Shown: piece after piece, positions 13,709-26,542 of the stretch
How the letters are laid out: every line of letters starts with the position of its first letter
Position numbering within the stretch: the first letter of the stretch is position 1
Assembly: GCA_013265495.1 (NCBI GenBank)
Contig: MU061579.1
Span: 4,550,327-4,614,326, forward strand
Length of the DNA: 64,000 bases
Direction of reading: 5' to 3'
Source of the DNA: Vicugna vicugna
Taxonomy: Eukaryota
Program-made: the position numbers and the translations under genes
Notes under the pieces: model-generated
Seen by the model: the letters and a program-made list of their open reading frames with translations, nothing else
Databases searched by the model: none
Told to the model about the DNA's origin: nothing

Positions 13709-16468
13709 AAGACAGAGAGAATGAAGGGAAAAATGAGATGCTTTCATCAGATATATTATACTTAAGGAAAGATCAGGGTATCAATAAAACAGCTATCAGG
13801 AAAGAGTACATTTAAGGCTGAAATCACAGAGATTGGTTTGGGCTGAAAAAACAGATTTAAGAATCAACCATATGGGGATAATGGTTGAAGCTGGGAGATT
13901 AGATGAAAGTCTTAGAAAGTTGGCTACTGGGAGAACAAAACATACAAGAAAAGAAAAGGAAAAGGGACGCAGGAAAGACAAATCCTCTCTAATGGACTTG
14001 TTGCAGCCTGCCCAGAGAAATTAACCCAGCACGTGCGCAGTGCTCCAGTGCCCTAGCTTTCCTGCTTTGCAATGAAATAAATTAATCTGAATCTCCCTTG
14101 ATTCCGAAAAGAAATCCTGGCATTAAACCTCTGCATTTTCAGCTCTCACCTATTTAAAGACAAAACAAAATAACTTCTAATCTTTCAAATGTCAGCTGAA
14201 ATTTTAGGTATCTGGCCTAAGTCATGAACATTGATAAACTTTCATTCTCTACCTTATCTTTGTAGCAGTGATCACAGACGGGAATTATACACCTACAGTA
14301 TGCCTATGGCTGCTTTATTATAATTACCTCCTCCATCAAATTCTACAAAAACAAGAATCATGTCATTTTAACTCACCATTCCACTTCTAGTTTCTATGCA
14401 GAAGAGGCACAAAATAAGTATTTGTTGAACAAATGACTAGCTGAATAAATGAAGAATGAATGAATGAATTAAAGACGACCTTTTCTGTTTGCACTGTGGT
14501 GTACTTCTGAACGATTCTCTCATCATGTGTTGACTACTTGACAAAAATGTGTTATCAATTAAGGGCAGGGATGGAATGAAGCAAACCTTTTTTTTATTTT
14601 TTTGGCTCCTGTGTTCCTTTCAGATACCTTCCATAATTGTATACATATGTACATAGAAATCCTCCTTCTATAGGACACCACACAGAGACATAAATGCACA
14701 AATGCCACAAAGAAGGAAACCAAGTCTAGGAAAAATATAAGCCAAATAAATAGAGGCCAGCAGCAATTGCCTTCTCTTTCTTTGCCCCTATCTCCACATT
14801 TCAAAGGTAATTAATCTCCAGTTTTCTTGAATTCTATTCTACCCATGTGATTTTCATAAGATATTTGATGATCCCTTCACGTGAATTTATTTCAAAGTGC
14901 TATCATTCCTAAAGGTGTTTTGTCTTTTTACTTAAATCATGGAATGGATGGAATTAAAATAACCAAGCATCTATGGTAAGTGGGCTTTGAATTCACACAA
15001 AAGATTCTTTCTCTAGAGAGAGGTAAAGTAGTGGAGGTACATTTGAATGTATTAAATTTATTATTTTGTTGAAAGAGATTCTGACAAGAAAAAGGACATT
15101 GGTCTTAGAATTCTGGAAAAGTTCTTCATTTTTTGTCTTTGCTTTGTATTTTCAGGGTAACTGTTGTTAATTGATGTGCTAAGCCCTAATCATGAAAGAT
15201 TTTACACAATTAAATGTAAGGATTAAGTATTTACCAATTCCCAGATTTATATATTAATCTAGGATGTACATAAATTGAAATTGGCATATATGTGTTTTCA
15301 ACTCTACCAGATGTTCTGAGAAATCATTGGAAACTTAGGGATTACTACCAGTATATTGATTTAGTGGAAGTCATTTGGCTAGATAGATCAGAATAAATAT
15401 GTTTATTCAGTATTATTTGACATAAAGAAATATAGAACAATTCATATAAACTCATACTGCATGTCTTTTAAGTCACTTTGAATTCAGTTTTTCTTAGATC
15501 AGATAATTTTAAGTAGTACATTTCAGATTTTAATTTTTGGGGAAAAATACAGTGTTCACAATCATTCTTTTCTTTGAGATAATATAAAATCAGTTTTAAA
15601 AAAAACTTTCAGAACTCTATTCCCAAGTTGATCAAAAGACATTTAAACTTTTGTAAAAGTAAGAATCATATTAAGGCTGAATGGGCAGTTTTTTTGCAAT
15701 AATATTCTGGGTTTCTACAACTTCTAGTAAACCTTGAACTTTCAGATAAAGTTGGTTAATGAAAGAGTCAATTAGTTTATGTAAATAAAAATATTTAAAA
15801 CAGTAATCAATTGCTGAATTTCTCTGTTTTTGAGCTAGAGAAAAATATAAATATTTTCTTAGATGTTGGCTAAGAAAATGAAGCTAAATAACATATTGCA
15901 ATTTTACCTCCTTAAGAGGAATCATCAAAATCGTCAGCAAGGGCCTGGGCATTTTGCTCCTAGGAGCCCTGTTTAAAACTTTTAATACTTAAATCTCTCA
16001 TTGCTTGGTTACCAATGGCAACAGGAAATTGCAAGAGAACCAGAGACATGTTTCCTTACCAAGCATTTAGACCCTTTCCTAATCACAGATAAGTCCGTCC
16101 AACCTAATGTGTTATATACCAGCATCAGAAGGGATGCAATAATACAGGGGTTCCTAGTAACCCTGCCATTTGATAATTCGTTGTTCACTTGTTTTACCTA
16201 TGTATTTATTTCTAACTTGTCAACTATTTCTGAAAATAATTTGAGGCAACATAACTTTAAAAAAAAGCAATTTTATAAAAAAGAAGTCTGAAGAAAAGAA
16301 TAGGAAACTGAGGTAGAAGGTTTACTCTGAGTTTCCTGGTACACAAGTTAAGTCTATACTCATATGACATAATTATTTTCCAGAAATGTTAAGGAAAAAG
16401 TCCCATGTAAATCTTTAAATGCAAAACATGTGTTTAACAATGTTTTCAATAATGGTGCATATAAGAAA

Positions 16469-16665
16469 TTTTTTTTTTGCATTTAAAAAAATTCTACTGA
16501 AATGTAGTTGATTTACAATGTTAGTTTCAGGTGTACAGCAAAGAAATTCAGTTATACATATACATACATAGATAATTTTTTTCTTTTCAGATTTATTTCT
16601 ATTATATGTTATTACAAGAAATTTAATATAGTTCCATGTGCTACACAGTATGTCCTTATTGTTTA
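16469..16665 (-). mobile_element. L1 3' end with poly(T)
   Basis: 'tgaaatgtagttgatttacaatgttagtttcaggtgtacagcaaag..ttcagttatacata...gttccatgtgctacacagta'. Confidence 0.85.
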
Positions 16666-16671
16666 TTTAAA

Positions 16672-16862
16672 AAATTTTTTTATTGAAGTATAGTCAGTTT
16701 ACAATGTGTCTATTTCTGGTGTACAGCACATTGCTTCAGTCATACATGAACATACTTATATTTGTTTCCATATTCTTTTTCACTGTGAGCTACTATAAGA
16801 CATCGAATGTATCTCCCTGTGCTGTACAGTGTAAACTTGTTTATCTATTTTATATATACCAG
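16672..16862 (-). mobile_element. Second L1 3' end, different variant, abutting the first
   Basis: 'ttttattgaagtatagtcagtttacaatgtgtctatttctggtgtacagca...ccctgtgctgtacagtgtaaacttgtttatctattttatatatacc'. Confidence 0.85.
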
Positions 16863-17479
16863 TGTAAGACACAATTTTTAAATGGTCTCAAAATGTGAAA
16901 TTCAATAAAATTGATTTTATGTTTATTATAAAGTTCTCTACAAATATTTGCAATGTCTTTTTGTTTTAAGTTTATTAGGGAGAAGGAAAATACGCATTTT
17001 AAAAAAATTCTGTCTTCATACCACAAAGTATATTGGGGAATACTAGCTATGTACTTAGGACCTAAAATTATAGAGTGAAGGAGATGTTGAAAGTTTGGAA
17101 ATGTTCATTTCCTCAATATACCAGGTATTTAAAAACCTCTACACAATAATTGTGATCACTTTTATGTGGATAGGTTCAAATATTGGCTATTTAGGATTTT
17201 TTTTTTTTTTAGTTTACCGGGAGATGCTAATTACGAAAAAGTAAAACTTGATTTCAATAATAGTAAGTTATCTTATCTTCATTTATAGAAAGTAATGAAG
17301 AAAAAATTTAATTTGGAATTATTAACAGTAAGCCCTAGCTACGTAAAATTTCAAGTAATATTTTAAGGGCTGTAACTGATCTGGAACACATCAATTTACT
17401 TTCCTTAGGTATTTCTAGTATAATTTTTGGTATTACAGGTTTATTAGTTTCTGTAACTCCAGTTAAATACCAGTGTATC

Positions 17480-17960
17480 AGAATTGGATAAATATCTTAA
17501 TTTTTCATGCAAGAAATAAATAAAAGGTTACAGAATGACCATTAAAAGTATTAAAAAAAGACTAGTCAAAGGCTACCCCAGGTTTACCATATATTAAAAT
17601 ATAATATAAAGTCACTGACAAAAGAACTATGCTGTACTGTTATAGAACTGACAGATATACTAATGCAACAAAATAGAAATCCCCCAAATGTATGCTCACA
17701 TATACATGCATGACAAAGTTGATTATTTTAATTCAGTGGAAAATAAAGTTTTATTTAATAAAATATGCTGGCACAACTGATTATGAATCTTGAAAAAATA
17801 AACTTGGATTTTTACACTGTACATTCAAAATAAATTCTTAATAGATTAATGGATTAAATCACATTAACAGCAGCCATTAACAATTAGCAAGCTTAAAATA
17901 AAATTTAGGATAGTATATGTATGCACAAATGTTTAAGAAGAAGAAACTCTCAACAAGACA
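17480..17960 (+). mobile_element. Old L1 ORF2 fragment (degenerate)
   Basis: 'aaatagaaatccccc..', 'tttaataaaatatgctggcacaactg', 'caaaataaattcttaatagattaa'. Confidence 0.65.
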
Positions 17961-17994
17961 GGGAACTCAGAATTAAAATGTGTGTTTATATCAA

Positions 17995-18165
17995 TCTATT
18001 ATATATATATCTATATATTTACCTATATATCTATAATAACCTATAATATAGATGAATAAAGAGATCTACATCACATGCATATTATCTATATTACATATAG
18101 ATAGCTATATTATATATAATATAGATATATAGAGATCTGTATAAATAATACATACAAATATAATT
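17995..18165. repeat. TA-rich low-complexity tract
   Basis: (TA)/(TATC)-like runs read directly. Confidence 0.7.
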
Positions 18166-18694
18166 AGTTTTTATAATGTTTTTTCACATTTAATTCATGA
18201 AACTGTCAAAAATGATATTTTAACATGCTAACATTTTGCACAATTTCTCTAAAAAACATAAATATGTTAAGTTGTTATTTTGGATATTATCACTTTTTTT
18301 TTAACTTTGACCACAAAGAATTTAAAAGAAATCTAAACTAAGTAGAGTTCTATTTCATGTAAATTTTATGTAAAATTATTATCAATAGTTTATGAAAATT
18401 CATTTATCTATACTAGCTATGATTTTTGAATTCTCGTAATTGTCTGATGGATTTCACTATTTCTGATACATTTGGAAATTTTCATTTCAGATAGAAAGAC
18501 TTCAAATTCAAATTCAAATTAGAAAGACTTCTTTTCATTTTTAATTATAAAGTAAGAAAATATGGAAGAAATTTAATGGTTATTATAAAACAAAGTGAAG
18601 TTTTAGTTTTACTTAAGTAAATTCAAATATCAGTGAGCTTAACTGGCAAATATTTTCACAGATCCTGGGGTACTAAGACTTTGGTAGGTTTTGA

Positions 18695-19830
18695 TAGTAA
18701 TAATCAGGCAGAGATTGATCAGCTAATATTGATATAATACCTTTTGGAGAAAACAGATATTCAACTTTCCTAAAACTTCCTGAAATTCAAATTGATATGA
18801 CTGTGATATACCCCTTCCTCAAAGAATTGCTTTGAGATTGAAATGGAATAATTTAGATTTATCAGTGTGACTTGAATTCCATTTTATGAAACCACTACAT
18901 CATTTAAAGTAAATATGACTTTTTTTCCTTTTGATGAAATACCATATTGTTTGGCAATTCTGTGTTAGTGCAACTGCTCCATGGTGTCATATGATATGAA
19001 AACACCCTGTATATTTATACTCAATTATCTTTAAGAAACAGCTTTCATTTTCAGGTTGTAAAATAAGGCAAGAAAAAATGAACAATAGAACATGACTTTT
19101 GGAAACTTGTTCAAGAAACATTTCCTTTTAGTTTCAATTACATTTCAATGGCCAGAACTGAGTCTCAGGGTCATCATAAGTCTCAAGCAAATCTAGGATG
19201 GTCAGTATTTTCAACTGGGCATAAAGCTCCCTCCCAAAATATTGGAGTCCTATTGTTAAGATTAAAAGGGATAATGGATATTTCTTTGTCAAAAAGCAGT
19301 GTCTGTCTCCTTATGTTATTTTAAGTTTACCAACTTTAGCCACAGATTTTCCAAAAGTAAGTTGTAGATCTCGCATAGTACTTTTCAATCTAAGCAATAA
19401 ACTCAGCTTTCTATGGTGAAATTTTGAATAGGATAGTTACAGACATTTTTATATGTGGTTCAGACATTTCCACTGAAACAAATTCTAGCACTTGATATAA
19501 GGGAGATGGAAGAGCATTCACTGTAATATTGAGAAGGGAAGATGCATTAAAATTGGTGAATAATTTGTTCAGTTAATGACAACCCACTTAAAGATGTAAT
19601 TTTGGAGAAATAAAGATATATTTAGTTTTTTATTACAAATGTAATGCACAAATATTGCATGTTGCAAAAGTCATGTAATAACTATACTCAGAAAATTGTA
19701 GATCTTTTCTAGTACTGTAACCATGTTAGTATTTAACCTAAGGGTTCTTGTCTGGAATAAGACTATTATTCTTAGTAATAATCAGGCAGAGATTGATCAG
19801 CTAATATTGATATAATATCTTTTGGAGAAA
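18695..19830 (+). repeat. Dispersed 58-bp direct repeat (18695-18752 and 19773-19830)
   Basis: tagtaataatcaggcagagattgatcagctaatattgatataata(c/t)cttttggagaaa; 57/58 identical. Confidence 0.95.
19100..19310 (-). mobile_element. Old MLT1 (J/K-like) LTR fragment
   Basis: 'acatttcaatggccagaactgagtc...tttcaactgggca...cccaaaatattggagtcctattgttaag...ataatggatatt'. Confidence 0.55.
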
Positions 19831-22800
19831 CTGATGCAAAAGACAAAAGGAAGAAAAAGGTATTTTCTAATTATTTAGCTGAAGATAGCTACAGGTTAAC
19901 AGTAACAGAGGTAGTCTATTGGAATGGCTAAAACAAAACAAAACAGAACAGAACTTCACACATAAAGAGACTGTCTTCACACCGTCTTCATTTACTTTTC
20001 ACATCAAACACCCATTTGCAAGAAGCACATTTGGTATTAGTCTTGGTAAAGTCTTCGATGGACTTCTGTAGTAGGTGATTTTCTGCTTGGGGTGCATCCG
20101 CCGTCCACTGTATTATTCTATTGTACCCACAGGAATACAAAAAGTAGAGTTGAATACATATAAGTCATACTTATATGGAGATTTGTCAAAACTCCTCATT
20201 TCTCCATCTTCTCATTGCCAAATCGAGACGTTAAAGCACACTATGTGACATTAACTATTGGAAAGCTTAACATATAGCGTCATGTTCTTAATGTATCAAA
20301 AAAAGGATGCCCATTTACCCCTTTCCAGATTATATATTTTTGACACCCCAGAGGTATTGTGCTACAAATATGACAAGCTATAACATACTGCAGACAGTGT
20401 CTTTCTTCAGAGCACAAAGAAATAACAAAGATCTCTTTTGTCCCCACATTTCTACTTGGAAATAATAGGTAAGGAAAGCTTTTTTTATTTTGTTATAATC
20501 TATGGCTCCAGTATAGCTGGAATTGCATTTACTATTTTTTTCTTCTTTACTTTTGTTAAAAGACCAATAGGTAGCAGACTTTATTTGAGCTGTAGGGCTT
20601 TAGTAATAAATGTCTTTGTATGCCTCTTTCGACATTTACGACATGCCAAGTCAAACTAGTTTTATTAAAGCCTTCATGCTCACTACTTTTATTTTATTCA
20701 TGTGCTTCATTTTTATAATTTCAGAAGTCACCTATTTGGTAGAATTTCTTGAGCCATATCTAAACTGTTCAGTGTCATTTTTTGACTTTTGACTTGATGG
20801 GTTTTTTTTATGATCTAGGCTCAGGTGACAAATCACAAGAAGGTGTGCCACCCCCATTAGGATTTTCAGTTTTATGTTATTTTGATAAACTAGGATTACT
20901 TTCTGTTATTCTGAAAATGCCTAGCCATTCAGGCTCCCAGGGATTTTGCCAAGGACCAACAGTCACTCCCCAGTTTTCTGTTCTTACAACCAAGGGAGAA
21001 TGACTCTGACACAACGGGATGCTGCTGTTTCTGTTTGTGCTTTTGACTAAATTCGTAAATCAGCTCTGTCTCTCTCCCCTTCTCCCTCTCTCTCACTGTC
21101 TTTCTCTCTCTCTCATTCCATAGATTATAGTTCCACATCTGCAGTTGCATGTTAGAGATTTATAACAAACCCAGCACAATTTTTTTCCAAAACAATCCAA
21201 ATTGAAACTCATTTTAAAACACTCCTGAGTCTATTCTTAATCCCATGTGTTTCTGTTTCTGTCGATGGAAGGAACGCCCATGAGTCAAAATCTCAGAGCT
21301 AACTCTGACTTTTTCCTTTACAGAGACTTTTAAAATCATCTGTGACATTATCTTCCACCATCCTCACATTCCCGTCTTTTCACATGAGTTTTATCCAACT
21401 ACATGCTGCTACTTGTAATATAGGTATGTGGACATAGAGACAAATAGTGAATTTTTAGTAAGAGACTGGGTTTGAATACAAATTTTGTTATTTATTATCC
21501 TTGCAATAAGCAAATTTACTGATTCTATGTAGAAAACTTTCCATGTTCTTTTTTTTATTCATATAAGAAGTATTTATTTTATAGACAGATATACATTAAA
21601 CCTATGGTCTATTCTGGGACATCCAATGAAGAGCAAATGGGCAAGGTTATTGCCTTCATGGATCTTACAGATAACAGGTAGGGGGATATTAAATAATCCT
21701 ACCAAATTGCATAATCACAAAAGAAAAGTAAGTGCTATAAATTTGTAGCATGGGGTGTCACAAACATATGTGATATTTAGATGAGTCCTCACTGTGGAAG
21801 GGAGAGTTCAAGTAAGATGAGAGTGATGAGTAAATGGCAATAGTTAACTGGGCACAACAGCATAAAAAAAGACCTCCAGGCAAGAAGATTCTTGGCACAT
21901 TTGTTTACTGATATGTTTTCTGTGCCTGGGAGGAAGGAAACACAAGTAGCCCTTCTAAATAGGGATGTTGTTTTTTTCTCGCCCCCCTTGGAGTTTTAAA
22001 CTTTTCCTGTGATGAGTGCAAATCCTTTTGGATGATCTCTTTCTAAGAAGAAACGTAGTCCACCATCGACACAACAAAAATTCTTACTTGAAATTAATCT
22101 AATTAATTAATCAATCTAGAATTGTTACTTTAAAATATGCAGATAACTGTACTTCTTTAGATTTTTTAATCATATTAAATAATTCAATGTAAATTTACAA
22201 AGATTTTGCTAAATTTATACCTGAATCCTGGTGCTGTTTCAGACATTCTGTTAGAGTGACTAAACAAATTAATCAGTGTAGTTTACAGCACCTGAAGACA
22301 TTTCACAGAAATAAAGTTGAAAAAGATACTTAATAGACCTTGATTCCAAAATAACTAGTTTTATGTGTTTATCTTTGTAAAACAGCTGATGGTTCAGTGC
22401 TAAATATAAATCTCAGGTTATTTGAACTTATTTTGTCAAAATAGCTAGTGTAAATAATCCACTAAATACACCTATTGAAAAAAAAATCAATACATTTCAC
22501 ACCTACACTTACATTTAGCAACAAAGTCATGATTATTTTTTATGACTAATAGTTTTGGAAACCAAATTGTTCAATGCATCATCAGGTTCTGTGCATTGTA
22601 AAAATCAGATTGAGTCAAATGACACTTCTACTCTTTCCCTCTGTGTTCCACATTTTTCTAAAAATGATTCTTGTGATAACGACTCTCAAACTTCTGTAAT
22701 TGTATGTATTAATGATTCCTTTTGTCATCACTAATTCTGTTCACTCTCAGAAATATTTACATATGTTTTCTAAAAAAATTTGTAAACTATTCTTAGTTAC

Positions 22801-22834
22801 ATGCATTTCACCTTCAATGTCATACTTTTTAACT

Positions 22835-22925
22835 ACTTTTTTTATTGAAGTACCATCAGTTAAAATGTGTCAATTTCTTGTGTACAGCATAGCGTCCCAG
22901 TTATGCGTATACACGCATATTCATT
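22835..22925 (-). mobile_element. Short L1 3' end
   Basis: 'ttttttattgaagtaccatcagttaaaatgtgtcaatttcttgtgtacagcatagcgtcccagt'. Confidence 0.75.
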
Positions 22926-24964
22926 TACTTTCTTATAAAATTTTTCAGATTTCTATCTTTACTTGTAAATATCTTTAACTCCTTAAATATTTGTATTGTA
23001 TTTTACAAACACTATATATACCCTATATTTCCAAAATTAAATAGATAACTGCAGCTACCAAAATTTGATTTCCGAACACTATGCTTTTAGTATAATTTAG
23101 GAGCATGTGCATTCCCAATAGATGTCAGAAATAACTGAGTGCAAAGAGCAGCAAAGACATACAGAATAACTTCAAGATATATGTCTGTGTGTGCTGTTGC
23201 CTACTTTTTCTAGAAGACAAATATATTTAATCACTTAAATGCAATGAGTTTGCAATTTTTAAAATGCAATAATTAAAAACTATCTCTGAATTTATAAGCT
23301 CAATCTTAAAAGTAAGCTTAAAAATGCTATACTTAGTTTTATTTATGAAAAGACTGATTTTTTTGTTCCTTTTTTTTTTTTTAAGGAGGAAGTGAGGAGG
23401 AAGCTGTGTCTTTCTCTCTTTGCTCATGCAATTATCCAGGAGGATGCAGTGCCCACAGATCTGTAGAGTGCTGAGCCATTAGTATTTTTGTCTTTTATGC
23501 AGCATCAATTACATCAGCTAGCATAACGTAAGCTCCCCTGGAATCAGCCAGTTTCTTCAAAAATCACATGGTTCACTGTACGGAGCAGTGGATTAAGTTT
23601 GAAGCTGCTCTGGCCTTCATCCTGGATTTGTCACCCTTGCTCTTTGACTCATTCAGGTCCAGTCACAACGTCCACTTGCTTCAACATCCACAGCCGTAGA
23701 AAGGAACTGCTCTTATAGATGCTTTATATATGATATGAACATTCTGAGCTGATGGTAGAGTCAGCCCGTCATCTTTGCAACATCATGTTTAACACTCAAG
23801 TAATACTTCTGATACAAATTTATATAAACTGTTTTTAGCCTAAAATTAAATAAACTCAAGTAATAAAGAGAAGCTTGCTTACTAAATATGACTTTAGTCC
23901 AAAAGCGACTTTCCTTTGAAAGCTCTTAACTGTATTAAAACAATTAATAGGCTCTTTGGTATGATTTTGATGTTTGGATGAAAACAAATATTGATTGTAG
24001 TTTTTGTCAAGTATTAGGTTAATGGTTTAAAAATGGGAAACCAGTTTCCTGTTATTCTTAAAAGGAAAAATAAAACAAGTTAGGAGCACTTACATATTTT
24101 TCCTATGATCTCATAGATGGCAACTTATAAAATGAAGAATTGAAATACAACAGTTTCTGAGTCAAGAGCCTATGATATGTGTGCTTTCCAAATAAATTAC
24201 TAGTTTAAGTTGGTTTAATTTGGACAGATTTTTGCTCCTTTTCCATTGAAATATATTACCCATTCTTATACTATTCTTCAGTGTACAACATAAACCTAGA
24301 TTTTCAGGGTCTAACTAACACATAGTTTAGTAATTACATGTGATTTTTCACATTTCAGTAATAACTTCATTTTTATGATCATGAATATGCATTTAAATAC
24401 CACAGCTAAAATTTTCAGAATTTCTCCTCTTCTAAGATTTTGTGTCTATTGATTCTCATTCTTACCACAGAGCCCGCAGGGTGACAAAATTGTCTTTCAA
24501 TGTCATGTTGAAGCTGAACAGTACCACCAGACTTGATAACATAAAGTGCAAGCAGGACCATAGTTGAGAAAGATTAATTACTACTTCCCCCTCTAGTCTT
24601 AGTTTATGTGCTTCCTGCTATTCCCACTGACTGTGGAATAAAATGTTACCTCCTCCTAGGACATACAAAGCCCTTTATTAACTTCATCTTCCCTTACATC
24701 TTATATTTGCCCCCTTCTGGCCTATATTATAATCCAGTAAGCCTAAACTGCATATGTTTTCCAGAGGAGCCTATGATGTTTCTGGTTTGCTGATGCATTT
24801 GGCTGTCACAGGGGGATTGTACCAGGCGTATTTACCAGGAGGTTGGGAATCTTGGCAGCTGTTTTAGAATCCTACTTACTTCACTTCTCTTAAAGCTTTA
24901 CCATTAGGATAGACTATATAAGAGATGAAACAAAGTATTCCACCTGAGGCAAAAACCTGTTATT

Positions 24965-25372
24965 TAGGGTGTCTGATGGAGGCACATGCCCCTGCTCCTC
25001 CAGGAGAAAAGAACTTCTAGTAAGATCCTTCTCTATTGTGTAGCCATCAGCCCAGGGGTTTTTGGTGAGAACCTTTCTCTCTCTTCCTACCCTTTTTTTT
25101 TTTTTAAATTGAAGTATAGTCATACATGGGGGAGAAAGGGTGGGAAGGGATATATTGGGAGTTTGAGATTTGCAGATACTAACTACTATATATAAAATAG
25201 ATAAACAACCAGTTTCTCCTACCATTTTGATGTAGTCATTTTTCTTTGTTGTGGAAGCTGGTAGGTGTTCAGCTAGTTCTCAGTTCTTTCCAGAGGGAAC
25301 TAGTCCATATGCAGGTGTTTACCTGTTGTGTCTACGGGAGGAGGCACACGAGGTCTTCCTGTGGCATCATCG
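24965..25372 (-). mobile_element. L1 5' UTR terminal fragment, interrupted by a younger L1 insertion
   Basis: 'cccctgctcctccaggag...ggggtttttggtgagaacc..tcctacc' resumes as 'ttcagctagttctcag...gggaggaggcacacgaggtcttcctgtggcatcatc', resembling the reverse complement of a laurasiatherian L1 5' end. Confidence 0.65.
25093..25216. mobile_element. 5'-inverted (twin-primed) truncated L1
   Basis: poly(T)+aaattgaagtatagtca (minus-strand 3' end) joined to a plus-strand 3' UTR piece 'gggaagggatatattgggagtttgagatttgcagatactaactactatatataaaatagataaacaac'; TSD core tcctacc at 25085-25091 and 25217-25223. Confidence 0.8.
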
Positions 25373-26378
25373 TAAAAGGCCTTCTTAGTTCTTTGTGTTT
25401 AACAAATGCCTATCAAACAATATTTTTATTGATGGTTAGGTTTCTCTTACATTTGATACACCATACAAAAATTCAATCATTTATTTTTAAAAGCTTACAG
25501 AGTTCTTACAATTCTAATTGCTTGAACTTTCTAAAAAGAAACTGAAGGTACTAGTGACTTTGGTGACATTTAATTTAATATGAAAGGAAGGTAGATTCTT
25601 TCTACTCGCTGTTTCTTTCAAAAGGGCAAAATCATTCCAGCAATATCTAATTTTCAATTCAAAAATATCGTTCTTGCCAAACAGATTTGAGCTTTCAGCG
25701 GATAAGATGTTTTATTAAATCACCTGAGTCATTAATAAAATTTCACCAAGTCTTGACAGTCCCCTTTGATGTGCTATTCTTAAATAATGCACTTCCTTTC
25801 AAATAGTTTAAATGGCTCTGAAGCTAATAATCATGTAGAATGCCCTCCTAGTCTCACACAAAGAAGTATTTCAAAAGGAGTAACACAGGTCAAGTGTACT
25901 GAAATCTTGTACTGTGCATGTATGTTTTCTAACTCTAAAGCAAATGCTACCATTTTACTTAGTATCAACCGAATATTTGTAAAGTCGTCAATGTTTGATT
26001 TCAAAGACAAATGGAAACTGATAGTGAACATTTCAAGATTTAAAACTCTATATTTGTTATTAGTTCTATAGTTTTATCTCTTTCCCTCCAAATCTTCAAA
26101 ATAATATGGTAGTGATAAGATATAAAATACTGATTCAACTGTTCACCTAAACGGAAGAGAACCCTTTTGAAATTTGAATTGCAATGATTTTAGCTCAAAT
26201 ATGAAAAAGAGTTCAGGAAGAGCATCCAATGATGTCTGCCTGGAACTTAGATGCTGTATTTTGCTGTGTAATGTCCAGGAAAGAGCACATTAGTGATCTG
26301 CAAGAAAAGGAAACGGGGTAGTCACAAGGATATTTCCTGGGACCACATATACAAGTGACTTTGGTCATGTTGATTTTT

Positions 26379-26542
26379 TTGTTTGTTTGTTTTACTTGAA
26401 GTATTGTCAGTTATAATGTATCAATTTCTGGTGTTCTGTTTTAGTCATACATATATACATATACATAGATTCATTTTCATGTTCTTTTTCATTGTAGATT
26501 ACTAGAAGATACTGAACATAGTTCCCTGTGCTATACAGAAGA
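26379..26542 (-). mobile_element. L1 3' end with 17-bp TSD
   Basis: 'ttgaagtattgtcagttataatg...gaacatagttccctgtgctatacagaaga'; perfect TSD tggtcatgttgattttt at 26362-26378 and 26543-26559. Confidence 0.9.

Noticed and set aside
15125..15222. Strong acceptor (ttttgtctttgctttgtattttcag) with a downstream gtaagg
   Set aside because: The implied exon has stops in all three frames, and the junction is AG|GGT rather than a recursive AG|GT site.
18695..19830. CRISPR-like or LTR interpretation of the 58-bp direct repeat
   Set aside because: Only two copies, no spacers, no TG...CA ends, primer-binding site or polypurine tract, and a mammalian context.
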